This document shows positions 49,986 to 57,823 of a stretch of DNA of 64,000 bases, one piece after another. Below the pieces are notes generated by a model that was given only the letters and a program-made list of their open reading frames with translations, did no database searches and was not told the DNA's origin. Source of the DNA: an uncultured virus (IMG/VR IMGVR_UViG_3300030330_003596) (Duplodnaviria > Heunggongvirae > Uroviricota > Caudoviricetes). Where the stretch lies: IMG/VR virus record IMGVR_UViG_3300030330_003596; one strand, 5' to 3'. The translations under genes and the position numbers were made by a program. Within the stretch, counting starts at the first letter, position 1; each line of letters starts with the position of its first letter.

Positions 49986-50183
49986 CTAAGACCTATTCCT
50001 ATCAATCTCATTCATCATTTCTATAATACGTAATTCTAATTCAGGCGCAGGGTAAATATTTTCTAATATTCTGCTCATAGCCTCATGTTTTAAATCTGCA
50101 TTTTCAGGAGAATGCATATTAAAACTATATATCTTATCTTCTTTCTTAATTGTATCTTTCCACATAACAATCACTTTTCTCAA
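49986..50183 (-). CDS. Hypothetical protein with W-tag
   Basis: Likely start MWKDTIKK. Confidence 0.5.
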   Translation of the reverse strand: MRKVIVMWKDTIKKEDKIYSFNMHSPENADLKHEAMSRILENIYPAPELELRIIEMMNEIDRNRS

Positions 50184-50369
50184 AATTTGGGCTGGAATTT
50201 TTTTGGCACTTGCGTCCTCAATTTTTTTATAATCTTTGTATTCCCAGAATAAAAACTATTCATTTAAAGTTGTTCGTTTAAAGATAATAAGTTTGGCGGC
50301 CGTGTAATAATGTTGTTTTAATAATGCGTTTAGTAATAATTAAATTAATTATATTAATAGTATTGTTTA

Positions 50370-50609
50370 TTATTCGTCAATATCTACGCCAAAGTCGGTT
50401 AATGATGTTTGCACACGGAACGCTCTTAAGTATTTGTTTAGATTTGTGCGAACTTGTTTTAATTTATTCGTAATATCTGTTAGAGCCTTATTCTCTTCAT
50501 TTGACAATTGTCGTGCATTTGTCCTATTTTCTTTTGCTTCTTCAAGGGTTTCCTTGATTATGGTGAATATCTCATTTAAATACTGTAATGCCTCTTTCTC
50601 AGCCGACAT
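50370..50609 (-). CDS. Hypothetical coiled-coil protein
   Basis: 79 aa; first gene of the minus-strand block. Confidence 0.5.
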   Translation of the reverse strand: MSAEKEALQYLNEIFTIIKETLEEAKENRTNARQLSNEENKALTDITNKLKQVRTNLNKYLRAFRVQTSLTDFGVDIDE

Positions 50610-51010
50610 ACTGTATCATGTTATGGGAGTAAGCCACAGGCTATAATACTGGCGGTTTCACCTTCAAATAATTAAAGTTAATGCTTCAAAACAGGGCTTT
50701 TAAATCAATTGCTCTAAATGAGAAAAAATAAAAAATTTGAAACAAAGCCATATGGTTGGGGATTCTAATATGGGTTTAATCGTGTTATTAAGTTCTGGTT
50801 TAGGTCTATTGATTTCGTATTGGTCTTGCTCTACGCTTTTCTATAAACCGCTATTGGTAACTACAAAATGTTTGTTTACGTCATGTTATGACGAATAACT
50901 ACCTATGTTTCATTATACTCAAATGAGTAGTTAATAACAACCCTAACACCATATGGTAAGGGGAAACTTTGTGTCTCCATTTACCCTAAAATAGATACCA
51001 TTATAAGAGT

Positions 51011-51175
51011 ATGGCAAACAAACAAGGCAAGTGCGAATGTGGCAAAATGATGGTATTCAACCCTTTGAAATTCTATGGCGGTTGGGGCTGCGATTGCTGG
51101 TTTGAAGATGGACTACCAGAATATGACCACGATATTGACTATTCTCCAGAATGGGATGATGGAGATTGTCCTTGA
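51011..51175 (+). CDS. Small Cys-rich acidic protein (54 aa), cassette gene
   Basis: MANKQGKCECGKMMVFNPLKFYGGWGCDCWFEDGLPEYDHDIDYSPEWDDGDCP; followed by a GCC-TTCG-GGC hairpin. Confidence 0.6.
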   Translation: MANKQGKCECGKMMVFNPLKFYGGWGCDCWFEDGLPEYDHDIDYSPEWDDGDCP

Positions 51176-51270
51176 GCCTTCGGGCCATTTATCAAAGATA
51201 CGACCATATGGTTGGCTTTGCCAGTTTACGAAACCCCAGCGAACTGGGGCTACGGAGGGAAAAGCCAGCA

Positions 51271-51777
51271 TCATTCCTCCTCTTGACCTCCTTCGTCGGT
51301 TTTAACCGCAGGTGGGGTCAAAGCAGGGATTTCACCATTCATAGTGCCATCCCAGCGACCTTCTTTGTAGCCCTTTACAAGAGCATCATAGGCTTTCTTA
51401 CCCATTGATTCAGCAAATGCCTCAATGTCTTCAAAAGCACCGCCAGTTCGCCCATGAGGGAGAATAACGGTAGTAATCAAGTCTGCATTAGTAATACCCG
51501 CAAAGGCAGCAATGACCGCATTCTTCACAGAATTGGCAGACAAATCCACTTCTTCGGGCAAAGCCGATTCTCGACCTCTTCGGGCGGCTGGGAAATCCGA
51601 ATACGGACTTCCAATTGAACGAATAGCAGTCCAGTAAGTTGAACGCATATCATCGTTATCTGTCGCATTTCCAAGTGTTATAGACAAAGAAATCGCATGA
51701 CCGACATCTCCCCTATCTTCACGTTCAAGCCATGCTTGAACGGCATTTGTGTTCTTAATCCAATTTTCTTTCTTCAT
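51271..51777 (-). CDS. Uncharacterised protein, paralogue 1
   Basis: 168 aa; YWTAIRSIGS, ARRGRES, PHGRTGG, KEGRWDG; GGAGG RBS. Confidence 0.75.
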   Translation of the reverse strand: MKKENWIKNTNAVQAWLEREDRGDVGHAISLSITLGNATDNDDMRSTYWTAIRSIGSPYSDFPAARRGRESALPEEVDLSANSVKNAVIAAFAGITNADLITTVILPHGRTGGAFEDIEAFAESMGKKAYDALVKGYKEGRWDGTMNGEIPALTPPAVKTDEGGQEEE

Positions 51778-51960
51778 ATCAATTCCTCCAAAAAGGGTTT
51801 GATGCTCCGTTTTCCCTCCGAAGCACTAAATCGGTGGCGATAGCGGATAAGGTTGCTTTTGCATTAACATTCGCAAAGCGAAAAGCAACCATATGGTTTT
51901 ACTTTGAATAAACCCGAAGGGAGCAGTTTTACATCAGCAGATGCTCAGGATGGCGGAATT

Positions 51961-52221
51961 TTAACCCATTAGAAGGTCATAACGGCCTCTAAGGGTAAAT
52001 GGGTAGGGTTCACTCCAAACAAACTCATATTCCCTGCGAAAAGCGTCAAAGAATCGCTGTTCAATATAATTGCCGTTGTCTCTTTGAAACATAAGGCTCA
52101 TTTTCTCAACAACCACGTTATCAATGTTATGGATGGTTGCAAGTGTTTTTGCTGTTTGGATGTAATGTCTGCGTTGGAACATGATTAAAGCCTTATGAAC
52201 CAATAAACATGGTATTGACAC
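51961..52221 (-). CDS. Hypothetical cassette protein (likely start MFQRRHY)
   Basis: Single ORF between sites 51888 and 52232. Confidence 0.55.
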   Translation of the reverse strand: MSIPCLLVHKALIMFQRRHYIQTAKTLATIHNIDNVVVEKMSLMFQRDNGNYIEQRFFDAFRREYEFVWSEPYPFTLRGRYDLLMG

Positions 52222-52297
52222 AAAGTGTCATACCATATGGTTTTACTTTGTACAAACCCCCCGAAAGGGGCTACAAGGGGGATATAGCCTTGTAGTA

Positions 52298-52822
52298 TCA
52301 TTCCTCTTCGGAAACCTCCGTATCTGCCTTAACAGGCGTAGGTTGAATGACAGGAACGCCATCATTCATTTTTAGACCATCCCAACGACCTTCCTTAATG
52401 GATTTAATCATGTAGGAATGAGCCTTACTGCGGTGGGAATCAACCAATTCGCTGAAAGACTCGTAAACTCCACCAGTACGACCATGTGGCACGATAACCG
52501 AGAGAATCAAGTTGTGGTATTCAGTAGGGATTTGAGCAATAGCATTTGCCACATTTTCCTCCACAGTCGCCAAAACAAGTTCCTGTTCGTCCGAGAGAGT
52601 AGATTCTCGGCCTCGTCGTGCAGAAGGAAACCCCTCCATAGTAGAGCCTATTGAACGAATTGCTGTCCAATAGGTGCTACGAAGTTCGTCAGTTTTTGCA
52701 TTATCTCCCAATGTGAGAGAAAGCATAACTGCGTTCAAATTGTCTGATTCAGGCTGATTTTCAGCCCACGCTCTTACTTTGTTTGTATTCAATGTCCAGT
52801 TTTTAATCTTCATGTTTTTCAC
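52298..52822 (-). CDS. Uncharacterised protein, paralogue 2
   Basis: 174 aa; same motifs as 51271..51777; GAGGTGA RBS. Confidence 0.75.
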   Translation of the reverse strand: MKNMKIKNWTLNTNKVRAWAENQPESDNLNAVMLSLTLGDNAKTDELRSTYWTAIRSIGSTMEGFPSARRGRESTLSDEQELVLATVEENVANAIAQIPTEYHNLILSVIVPHGRTGGVYESFSELVDSHRSKAHSYMIKSIKEGRWDGLKMNDGVPVIQPTPVKADTEVSEEE

Positions 52823-52982
52823 CTCGTCCTTTGCAGGAATAGATACTTCAAGTCTGTTATCCCCCTTGAAGCACTAATTCGGATGAATAATCAGATATGG
52901 TTGTTTCTATGCAAAGCAATAAACAACCATATGGTGTTGCTTTGTTGATACCTAAGCCTATTTGAGAGTAAATGAGTAAATC

Positions 52983-53243
52983 ATGCAAGAAGTATGGATA
53001 ATCGAGCAAAAGACAGGAAACGAATGGAAACCACAGATGTATCTTGGCGTTCATCGTTGGGAAACTAACGCAACGGCAGAAATGCACCGACACACTCAAA
53101 ATCTTCAAATCAACGAAATGCGAACTATTCCAGATTTGCGCTCTCCGAAACGTGGTGAAGGAAAGCGTGTTTTTGGCATGAAAATGCGAGTAATCGCTGA
53201 AATTCCATCACACTTCCGAGTTTCCAAACTCAGAATCCGTTGA
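52983..53243 (+). CDS. Hypothetical cassette protein
   Basis: 86 aa between sites 52926 and 53289; followed by a TGGAGGG/TCCTCCA hairpin. Confidence 0.6.
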   Translation: MQEVWIIEQKTGNEWKPQMYLGVHRWETNATAEMHRHTQNLQINEMRTIPDLRSPKRGEGKRVFGMKMRVIAEIPSHFRVSKLRIR

Positions 53244-53966
53244 TGGCCTTTGGAGGGCTTTGTCCTCCATTGGGTACTACAAAGTCTTACCATATGGTTG
53301 TAATAATTGCTTTGCACTTATTTTAACCATATGACGGCTACGCCACAACACACAGGGAAAAGCCTAATTCGGTTTTTTTTGCGCTAATATGTGTGTGTGG
53401 CGAATGAATAGAAAGAAACGCTGCCTACTCCATTAATCCGACTTATTACCGTAGTTTGTTATTCATGCCTTCGTGCGGATAACTAGTATCTCTCACACTC
53501 CATGTTGCTTTCGGGGTTTATTGCGTTTGTTTCGGCTTTGTTTCCGATTGGTATATATGGCCAATCAACCAAAGGAATTTGAAAAGGTGGGAAGAAGAAC
53601 TGGGTATCTCCACTATTGATGCGATTGAGTCGCACTCACTAATAGACGCTCATGGTTTCATATATGAGCCAATAGACCATTCTTACGAACTTGATTAGTA
53701 GTCAAGCGCCTTTTGAGCCTTAATCGTTTTCACAGGGAACAATAATCAGACATTTGCCCATCATATTGCTTTGTGCCACACTACATGGAAGAATGTGCAT
53801 TACCTCCGTCTATTGAGGCATTGATGCTATTCCCCTCCAGTCTTGCATGGACTGGAGCAATAAATCGCTTATCAAATCAAATAAGGTCTTAGATGTGCAA
53901 AGCAATCACAACCATATGGTTTCACTTTGGGAAACCTTACGGTTAATGCATCTATATGCTTAAACC

Positions 53967-54215
53967 ATGTCGAGAGAACACGTAATCCGTCTGCACCGAA
54001 CAGGAAAAACACTCAAAAACTATTTTGAAAACAAGTTTCATGATGCAATGTATACCGATTTGCACATTTATACTGATGAACCAGATGCTATGATTGCATT
54101 ATTTATGATGGAAGAAGAGGCTCGGCACATTTGTAGCCAAGTAAAGAAAGTTATGAGTGACCAACTCATAAAAGAACTTGAAGAACAAGTATTAAGAATC
54201 TTTAACACCTCCTGA
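53967..54215 (+). CDS. Hypothetical cassette protein
   Basis: 82 aa between sites 53911 and 54285. Confidence 0.6.
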   Translation: MSREHVIRLHRTGKTLKNYFENKFHDAMYTDLHIYTDEPDAMIALFMMEEEARHICSQVKKVMSDQLIKELEEQVLRIFNTS

Positions 54216-54414
54216 GTAGGAGCGTAAAACTGCTCATTCCTAAGCAAGAATCAAAAGGCTTCCTTCGGGTCAAAAACAAAGCAGACCATATGGTTGGATT
54301 AAATCGAAGAACGTAGAATGTTCTTATTTACCCGTAGTCAATCCAACTGAAATAGGGAAAACATTTGCGCCCCCAATTTTCTGTCAATTTTTACACCCCT
54401 CTTTCAACTGTGGT

Positions 54415-54780
54415 TATATTAATTCGTATTCATATTCTAATACTAATATTAGTATTATAGTAAAATAAATCGGTTGTCTCATCGTTGTTGGGGAATGAGA
54501 CGAGACAACATATGAGAGATTCTTCAAGGTTGTGTAACATAAGTAAAAATATATTTTATATTTCTCATTATCTCATCTATCTCATCATCATCATCTTCTT
54601 CTTCTTCTCTTACATATACCCTTATTTTCTTATAGGCTATGTAGAGAGATATATTCATGATTCGCATGAGACGAGACGAGACAACCCTTTTTTGCAGGTT
54701 TCTGCAAGGTTTTGCAGGGTTGTGTTGCATAACCCTATCGTCTCATGATGAGACAATAGCCGAGACAGTCTCATGTGTCG
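54415..54780. repeat. AT-rich palindrome plus GAGAC/GTCTC repeats (candidate replication origin)
   Basis: Perfect 20-bp palindrome at 54438-54457; ATGAGACGAGAC at ~54495 and ~54666; inverted GTCTCAT copies; three TGCA(A)GG repeats. Confidence 0.5.
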
Positions 54781-54960
54781 GATAACAAAAATTATTTCAT
54801 TGGGCAAACTATTGAAAGAAATAAATATGATTTGTTTTATTGTAATGTATTGTTTTGATTTGCTTAATTTAGAATCAAGTGAAAGAAGTTGCGTTGGGTC
54901 TGAGCCTGTCTAAGCCAAAGGTTAGTAATGCCTCCATCGAGATTGATTGAGAGACAATTC

Positions 54961-54977
54961 TGCACTCCTTTATATAC
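54961..54977 (+). promoter_or_regulatory. Putative promoter TGCACTCCTTTATATAC
   Basis: Contains TATA box TTTATATA; identical 17-mer at 63930-63946. Confidence 0.65.
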
Positions 54978-54987
54978 CTAAGACAAA

Positions 54988-55503
54988 GTGAAGATGTTGC
55001 CCGAAAAGGGTAAGGAGAGAATATACATGGATGATACAACATGGGAAAGCCTCGTTATAGAGGTGAAGGAATACCTTGAAGCCGACACTACGCTTGATGC
55101 AGGATTGCGTCAAGTGATTGAACTGAACCTGCAAATTGGCACAAATAATGCTAATGAGCGAACTGCCGCAGAAGGAGCATTAAAGGCTCTTTTGAAGGGA
55201 AGAGACGGAACTCCATTCCGTCGAGGCCAAAAAAGCGCAGTTCCAGCCGCAGTTCGTGTTTCAATCGACAGAATTTGTGGAGTTGTTGAAGAAGCCGCTA
55301 TTGGCTACTACAACCACGATGCAGTAATTGGTGCAATTACAATGAAGCATATCAAATCTGGTGGCGGTTCTTACGATAATGCAGAAGATTACGCTTCTGC
55401 TGTTGTTAAGAGAACAAGAAACAATTTGGGCAAAATGTTCAAAGAAGGTTCTTGGGATGGCTCGGTTGATTCCCTTTTAGGCGAATCTACTGAAGAACTC
55501 TGA
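54988..55503 (+). CDS. Uncharacterised protein, divergent paralogue 3 (likely start MDDTTW)
   Basis: PFRRGQKSAVP, HIKSGGGSY and KEGSWDG align with paralogues 1 and 2. Confidence 0.7.
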   Translation: MKMLPEKGKERIYMDDTTWESLVIEVKEYLEADTTLDAGLRQVIELNLQIGTNNANERTAAEGALKALLKGRDGTPFRRGQKSAVPAAVRVSIDRICGVVEEAAIGYYNHDAVIGAITMKHIKSGGGSYDNAEDYASAVVKRTRNNLGKMFKEGSWDGSVDSLLGESTEEL

Positions 55504-55563
55504 GTTTAATACTCATTAAAGTTCTTTAAGTCGTAATTCATTGAATTGTATTCAATGATAGCC

Positions 55564-55595
55564 GAATGGGGGGAAGTTCAGGCTTCCCCTCATTC
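55564..55595 (+). terminator. Strong hairpin after paralogue 3
   Basis: GAATGGGGGGAAG-TTCAGG-CTTCCCCTCATTC. Confidence 0.5.
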
Positions 55596-55608
55596 CTTTC
55601 TTCCAACA

Positions 55609-55700
55609 TGGGGGAAAGGCTGATAATAATAGAAAAAGGCCGTCATATCCTTTTAGCACTTCCATCCTTCAGAGGGATTGCTTTTCAGTCTTCCCCCACC
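55609..55700 (+). ncRNA. Putative structured RNA (three-way junction)
   Basis: GGGGGAAAGGCTGA pairs with TCAGTCTTCCCCC and encloses two hairpins. Confidence 0.35.
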
Positions 55701-55711
55701 TTTGGGTTGAT

Positions 55712-55972
55712 TTGATGCGATTAGTAGAAGAAGTCTATGTTAAGGCTAAAGAAGATTTAATTTGCCAGTCTTGTGGTGTTGATATACCAAAGGACAGTAA
55801 TCATCTTCTTGAGTCTTATGTTCATCATGGCGTTATTTCAACTAGTCATTATTGTCTCAATCCAAAATGCAACCCGCCCAACAATGTTCGATTAAAGTTA
55901 TTTTGGGGCGCAATTGCCATAAGTATTTCTTTATGGGTAATTTACTTTTTCTATCAAAACGCAGGGTTTTAG
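55712..55972 (+). CDS. Zn-finger protein with a C-terminal TM helix
   Basis: CQSC...HYCLNPKC; hydrophobic C-terminus. Confidence 0.55.
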   Translation: MMRLVEEVYVKAKEDLICQSCGVDIPKDSNHLLESYVHHGVISTSHYCLNPKCNPPNNVRLKLFWGAIAISISLWVIYFFYQNAGF

Positions 55973-56111
55973 GTCTATTCGTTTGAGCGACCCCCTGCGC
56001 CCGACTATATACGCCCCCGTATGCAAGGGGTGTTCTTGAACAGTCGCAAAGCAGACTTATTTCACTTTTGTAAATTAATTTGCGTGGCTTTAATTGAACA
56101 ACGATAAATAC

Positions 56112-56196
56112 GCTGGGATGGCTGAGCATGGTTAAAAGCGCAGGGCTTAAACTCCTGTCCTAAAATGGTTCGCAGGTTCAAATCCTGCTCCCAGCA
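56112..56196 (+). tRNA. tRNA-Leu(TAA)
   Basis: Acceptor GCTGGGA/TCCCAGC-A; anticodon arm CAGGG-CTTAAAC-TCCTG; long variable arm; T arm GCAGG-TTCAAAT-CCTGC. Confidence 0.85.
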
Positions 56197-56212
56197 CTTA
56201 TTTCAAATACAT

Positions 56213-56370
56213 GGGGAAAGTCGAGCAAGGGGCTACTAAAGAAGTAAAATGCCGAGTAATCGGTATGCTCCTTTCCCCGCCTATTCACGAGGTTTATCCA
56301 GTAATAACTGCAAAAATGTGAACTCACGGAGATAGTGGCTTGTAAAACCATGAAGCAGTTTCCTCTCGCA
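56213..56370 (+). ncRNA. Two tandem putative structured RNAs
   Basis: GGGGAAAG/CTTTCCCC multi-branch element, then a GAGG...CCTC element homologous to 59439-59512. Confidence 0.45.
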
Positions 56371-56395
56371 TTCAACATATTAAGAGGTAGATAAT

Positions 56396-57823
56396 ATGAA
56401 ACACACACATGAACAAGAAGCAATCTTTAATTGCATAGAAAACAGCGAAAACCACCTAATTGTAAATGCAGGTGCAGGAACAGGAAAAACAACAACAATT
56501 GTAGAAGCGGCAAACAGACTTCCTTACGGAACAAGTAGTGCTTTTCTCGCTTTTAATAGTTCAATTGCTAAAGAATTAGCAAAGAAACTTCCTGAAGGAA
56601 TGCAAGCAAGAACCTTCCATTCTTTTGGACTTGCTGCTATTCGTGCAAATATCAAAACAAAGGTAAATAACTTTAAACTCAATAACATTATTCAAGACCT
56701 TATGGGTGGAGATTACAATGTTTTCCCACTAAAGAAATTAGTATCTTTGGTAAAGGGAAGCCGTGTTAATGGCACAGATAAGGCAGCAATTTACGCTCTA
56801 ATTAATGAATACAATATTAACTTTGATTCAGACCGTGAAGAAAACATGGCTATTGAGAGCATTCCTGCTATTTTGACAATGTGCAGAACGCAAACTTATC
56901 ATGTTGATTTTGATGATATGATTTGGTTGCCTCTTGAAAACAACTATGCATTCCCTAATTTTGATGTAATGTTCGTAGATGAAGCACAAGATTTCAATGA
57001 AGCACAACGAGAAATGATTTCAAAGTGCGTAAATGGTGGTCGTTGTATCATTGTTGGCGACAAAAATCAAGCGATTTACGGATTTCGTGGGGCTGATTCA
57101 AATTCAATTAGCCTATTTCGTGACCGTCTTGAAACTACTGGACGTGAAATTACAGAATTGCCGCTATCAATTACTTGGCGATGTCCACTTTCGGTTGTTA
57201 AAGAGGCAAATAGATATGTAAAGGACTTTACTGCGCCCGATTCCGCTATTGAAGGAACTGTTGTAGTAGATTCAGCATTTAATCCACAACGAAACGATAT
57301 GGTTCTTTGTCCTTACAATGCTCCTTTGGTTGGAGCATTTTACGACTTGATTTCACAAGGCAAATCTGCGTATATTCTCGGTAGAGATATGACAAAAGGT
57401 TTAATTAATGCCGTTCACAGAATTAGTAAAAACAACAACATGGGCGTTGAGGAGTTTGAGCGTTTGTTTCAAAAAGACTTTGCTTACAATTATCAACGAC
57501 TAATTCAGCAAAAGAAACAGAATCAAGCGATGGCTCTTGAAGATAAAGCCAATTGTATTCAGATTTTCATTAACAAAGCAACAACCGTTGGAGGAATTAT
57601 TGAAGAGATTAAGCGTGTCTTTGACACAAAAGATGAAGGTGAAATTATGCTTTCGACTGTTCACAAGGCTAAAGGACTTGAAGCAGATAATGTATATATT
57701 CTCGCAACTGACAGAATGCCACACCCACTTTCAGGAAAGGAAGGCAATAATCTTTGTTATGTAGCGATTACAAGGGCTAAGAAGAATTTGTTCTTTTGTG
57801 GTCCAAGACCAGCAATTATATGA
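56396..57823 (+). CDS. UvrD/Rep-like SF1 helicase
   Basis: AGAGTGKT, DEAQD, GDKNQAIYGFRGA, STVHKAKGLE, YVAITRAK. Confidence 0.9.
   Translation: MKHTHEQEAIFNCIENSENHLIVNAGAGTGKTTTIVEAANRLPYGTSSAFLAFNSSIAKELAKKLPEGMQARTFHSFGLAAIRANIKTKVNNFKLNNIIQDLMGGDYNVFPLKKLVSLVKGSRVNGTDKAAIYALINEYNINFDSDREENMAIESIPAILTMCRTQTYHVDFDDMIWLPLENNYAFPNFDVMFVDEAQDFNEAQREMISKCVNGGRCIIVGDKNQAIYGFRGADSNSISLFRDRLETTGREITELPLSITWRCPLSVVKEANRYVKDFTAPDSAIEGTVVVDSAFNPQRNDMVLCPYNAPLVGAFYDLISQGKSAYILGRDMTKGLINAVHRISKNNNMGVEEFERLFQKDFAYNYQRLIQQKKQNQAMALEDKANCIQIFINKATTVGGIIEEIKRVFDTKDEGEIMLSTVHKAKGLEADNVYILATDRMPHPLSGKEGNNLCYVAITRAKKNLFFCGPRPAII

Larger units (their letters stand above)
50743..54294. repeat. Array of nine palindromic ACCATATGGT sites with CAAAG/CTTTG arms
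   Basis: Cores at 50747 (GCCATATGGT), 50948, 51203, 51888, 52232, 52926, 53289, 53911 and 54285; six have both the CAAAG and CTTTG arms. Confidence 0.9.

Noticed and set aside
713..50646. Numerous plus-strand ORFs of 60-170 aa within the morphogenesis block
   Set aside because: They are antisense shadows of long minus-strand genes, with Ser/Phe/Leu-rich composition.
51075..51408. Plus-strand ORFs 51075..51305 and 51166..51408
   Set aside because: They cross a palindromic site and overlap better-supported genes (51011..51175 and 51271..51777).
52857..53317. Minus-strand ORFs 52857..53108 and 53105..53317
   Set aside because: They are antisense to 52983..53243 and run across palindromic sites.
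51921..54261. Hammerhead ribozyme call for the CCTGAG...AAAACTGCTC motif
   Set aside because: It lacks the complete CUGANGA/GAAA core with three stems, so it is kept only as an unknown structured motif.
50743..54294. CRISPR array interpretation of the ACCATATGGT repeats
   Set aside because: The conserved core is only 10 bp, the intervals are 200-700 bp and contain genes, and no cas genes are visible.
54485..54748. ORFs 54485..54748 (+) and 54524..54730 (-)
   Set aside because: They are translations of low-complexity and GAGAC repeats; I saw no convincing RBS or protein-like features.
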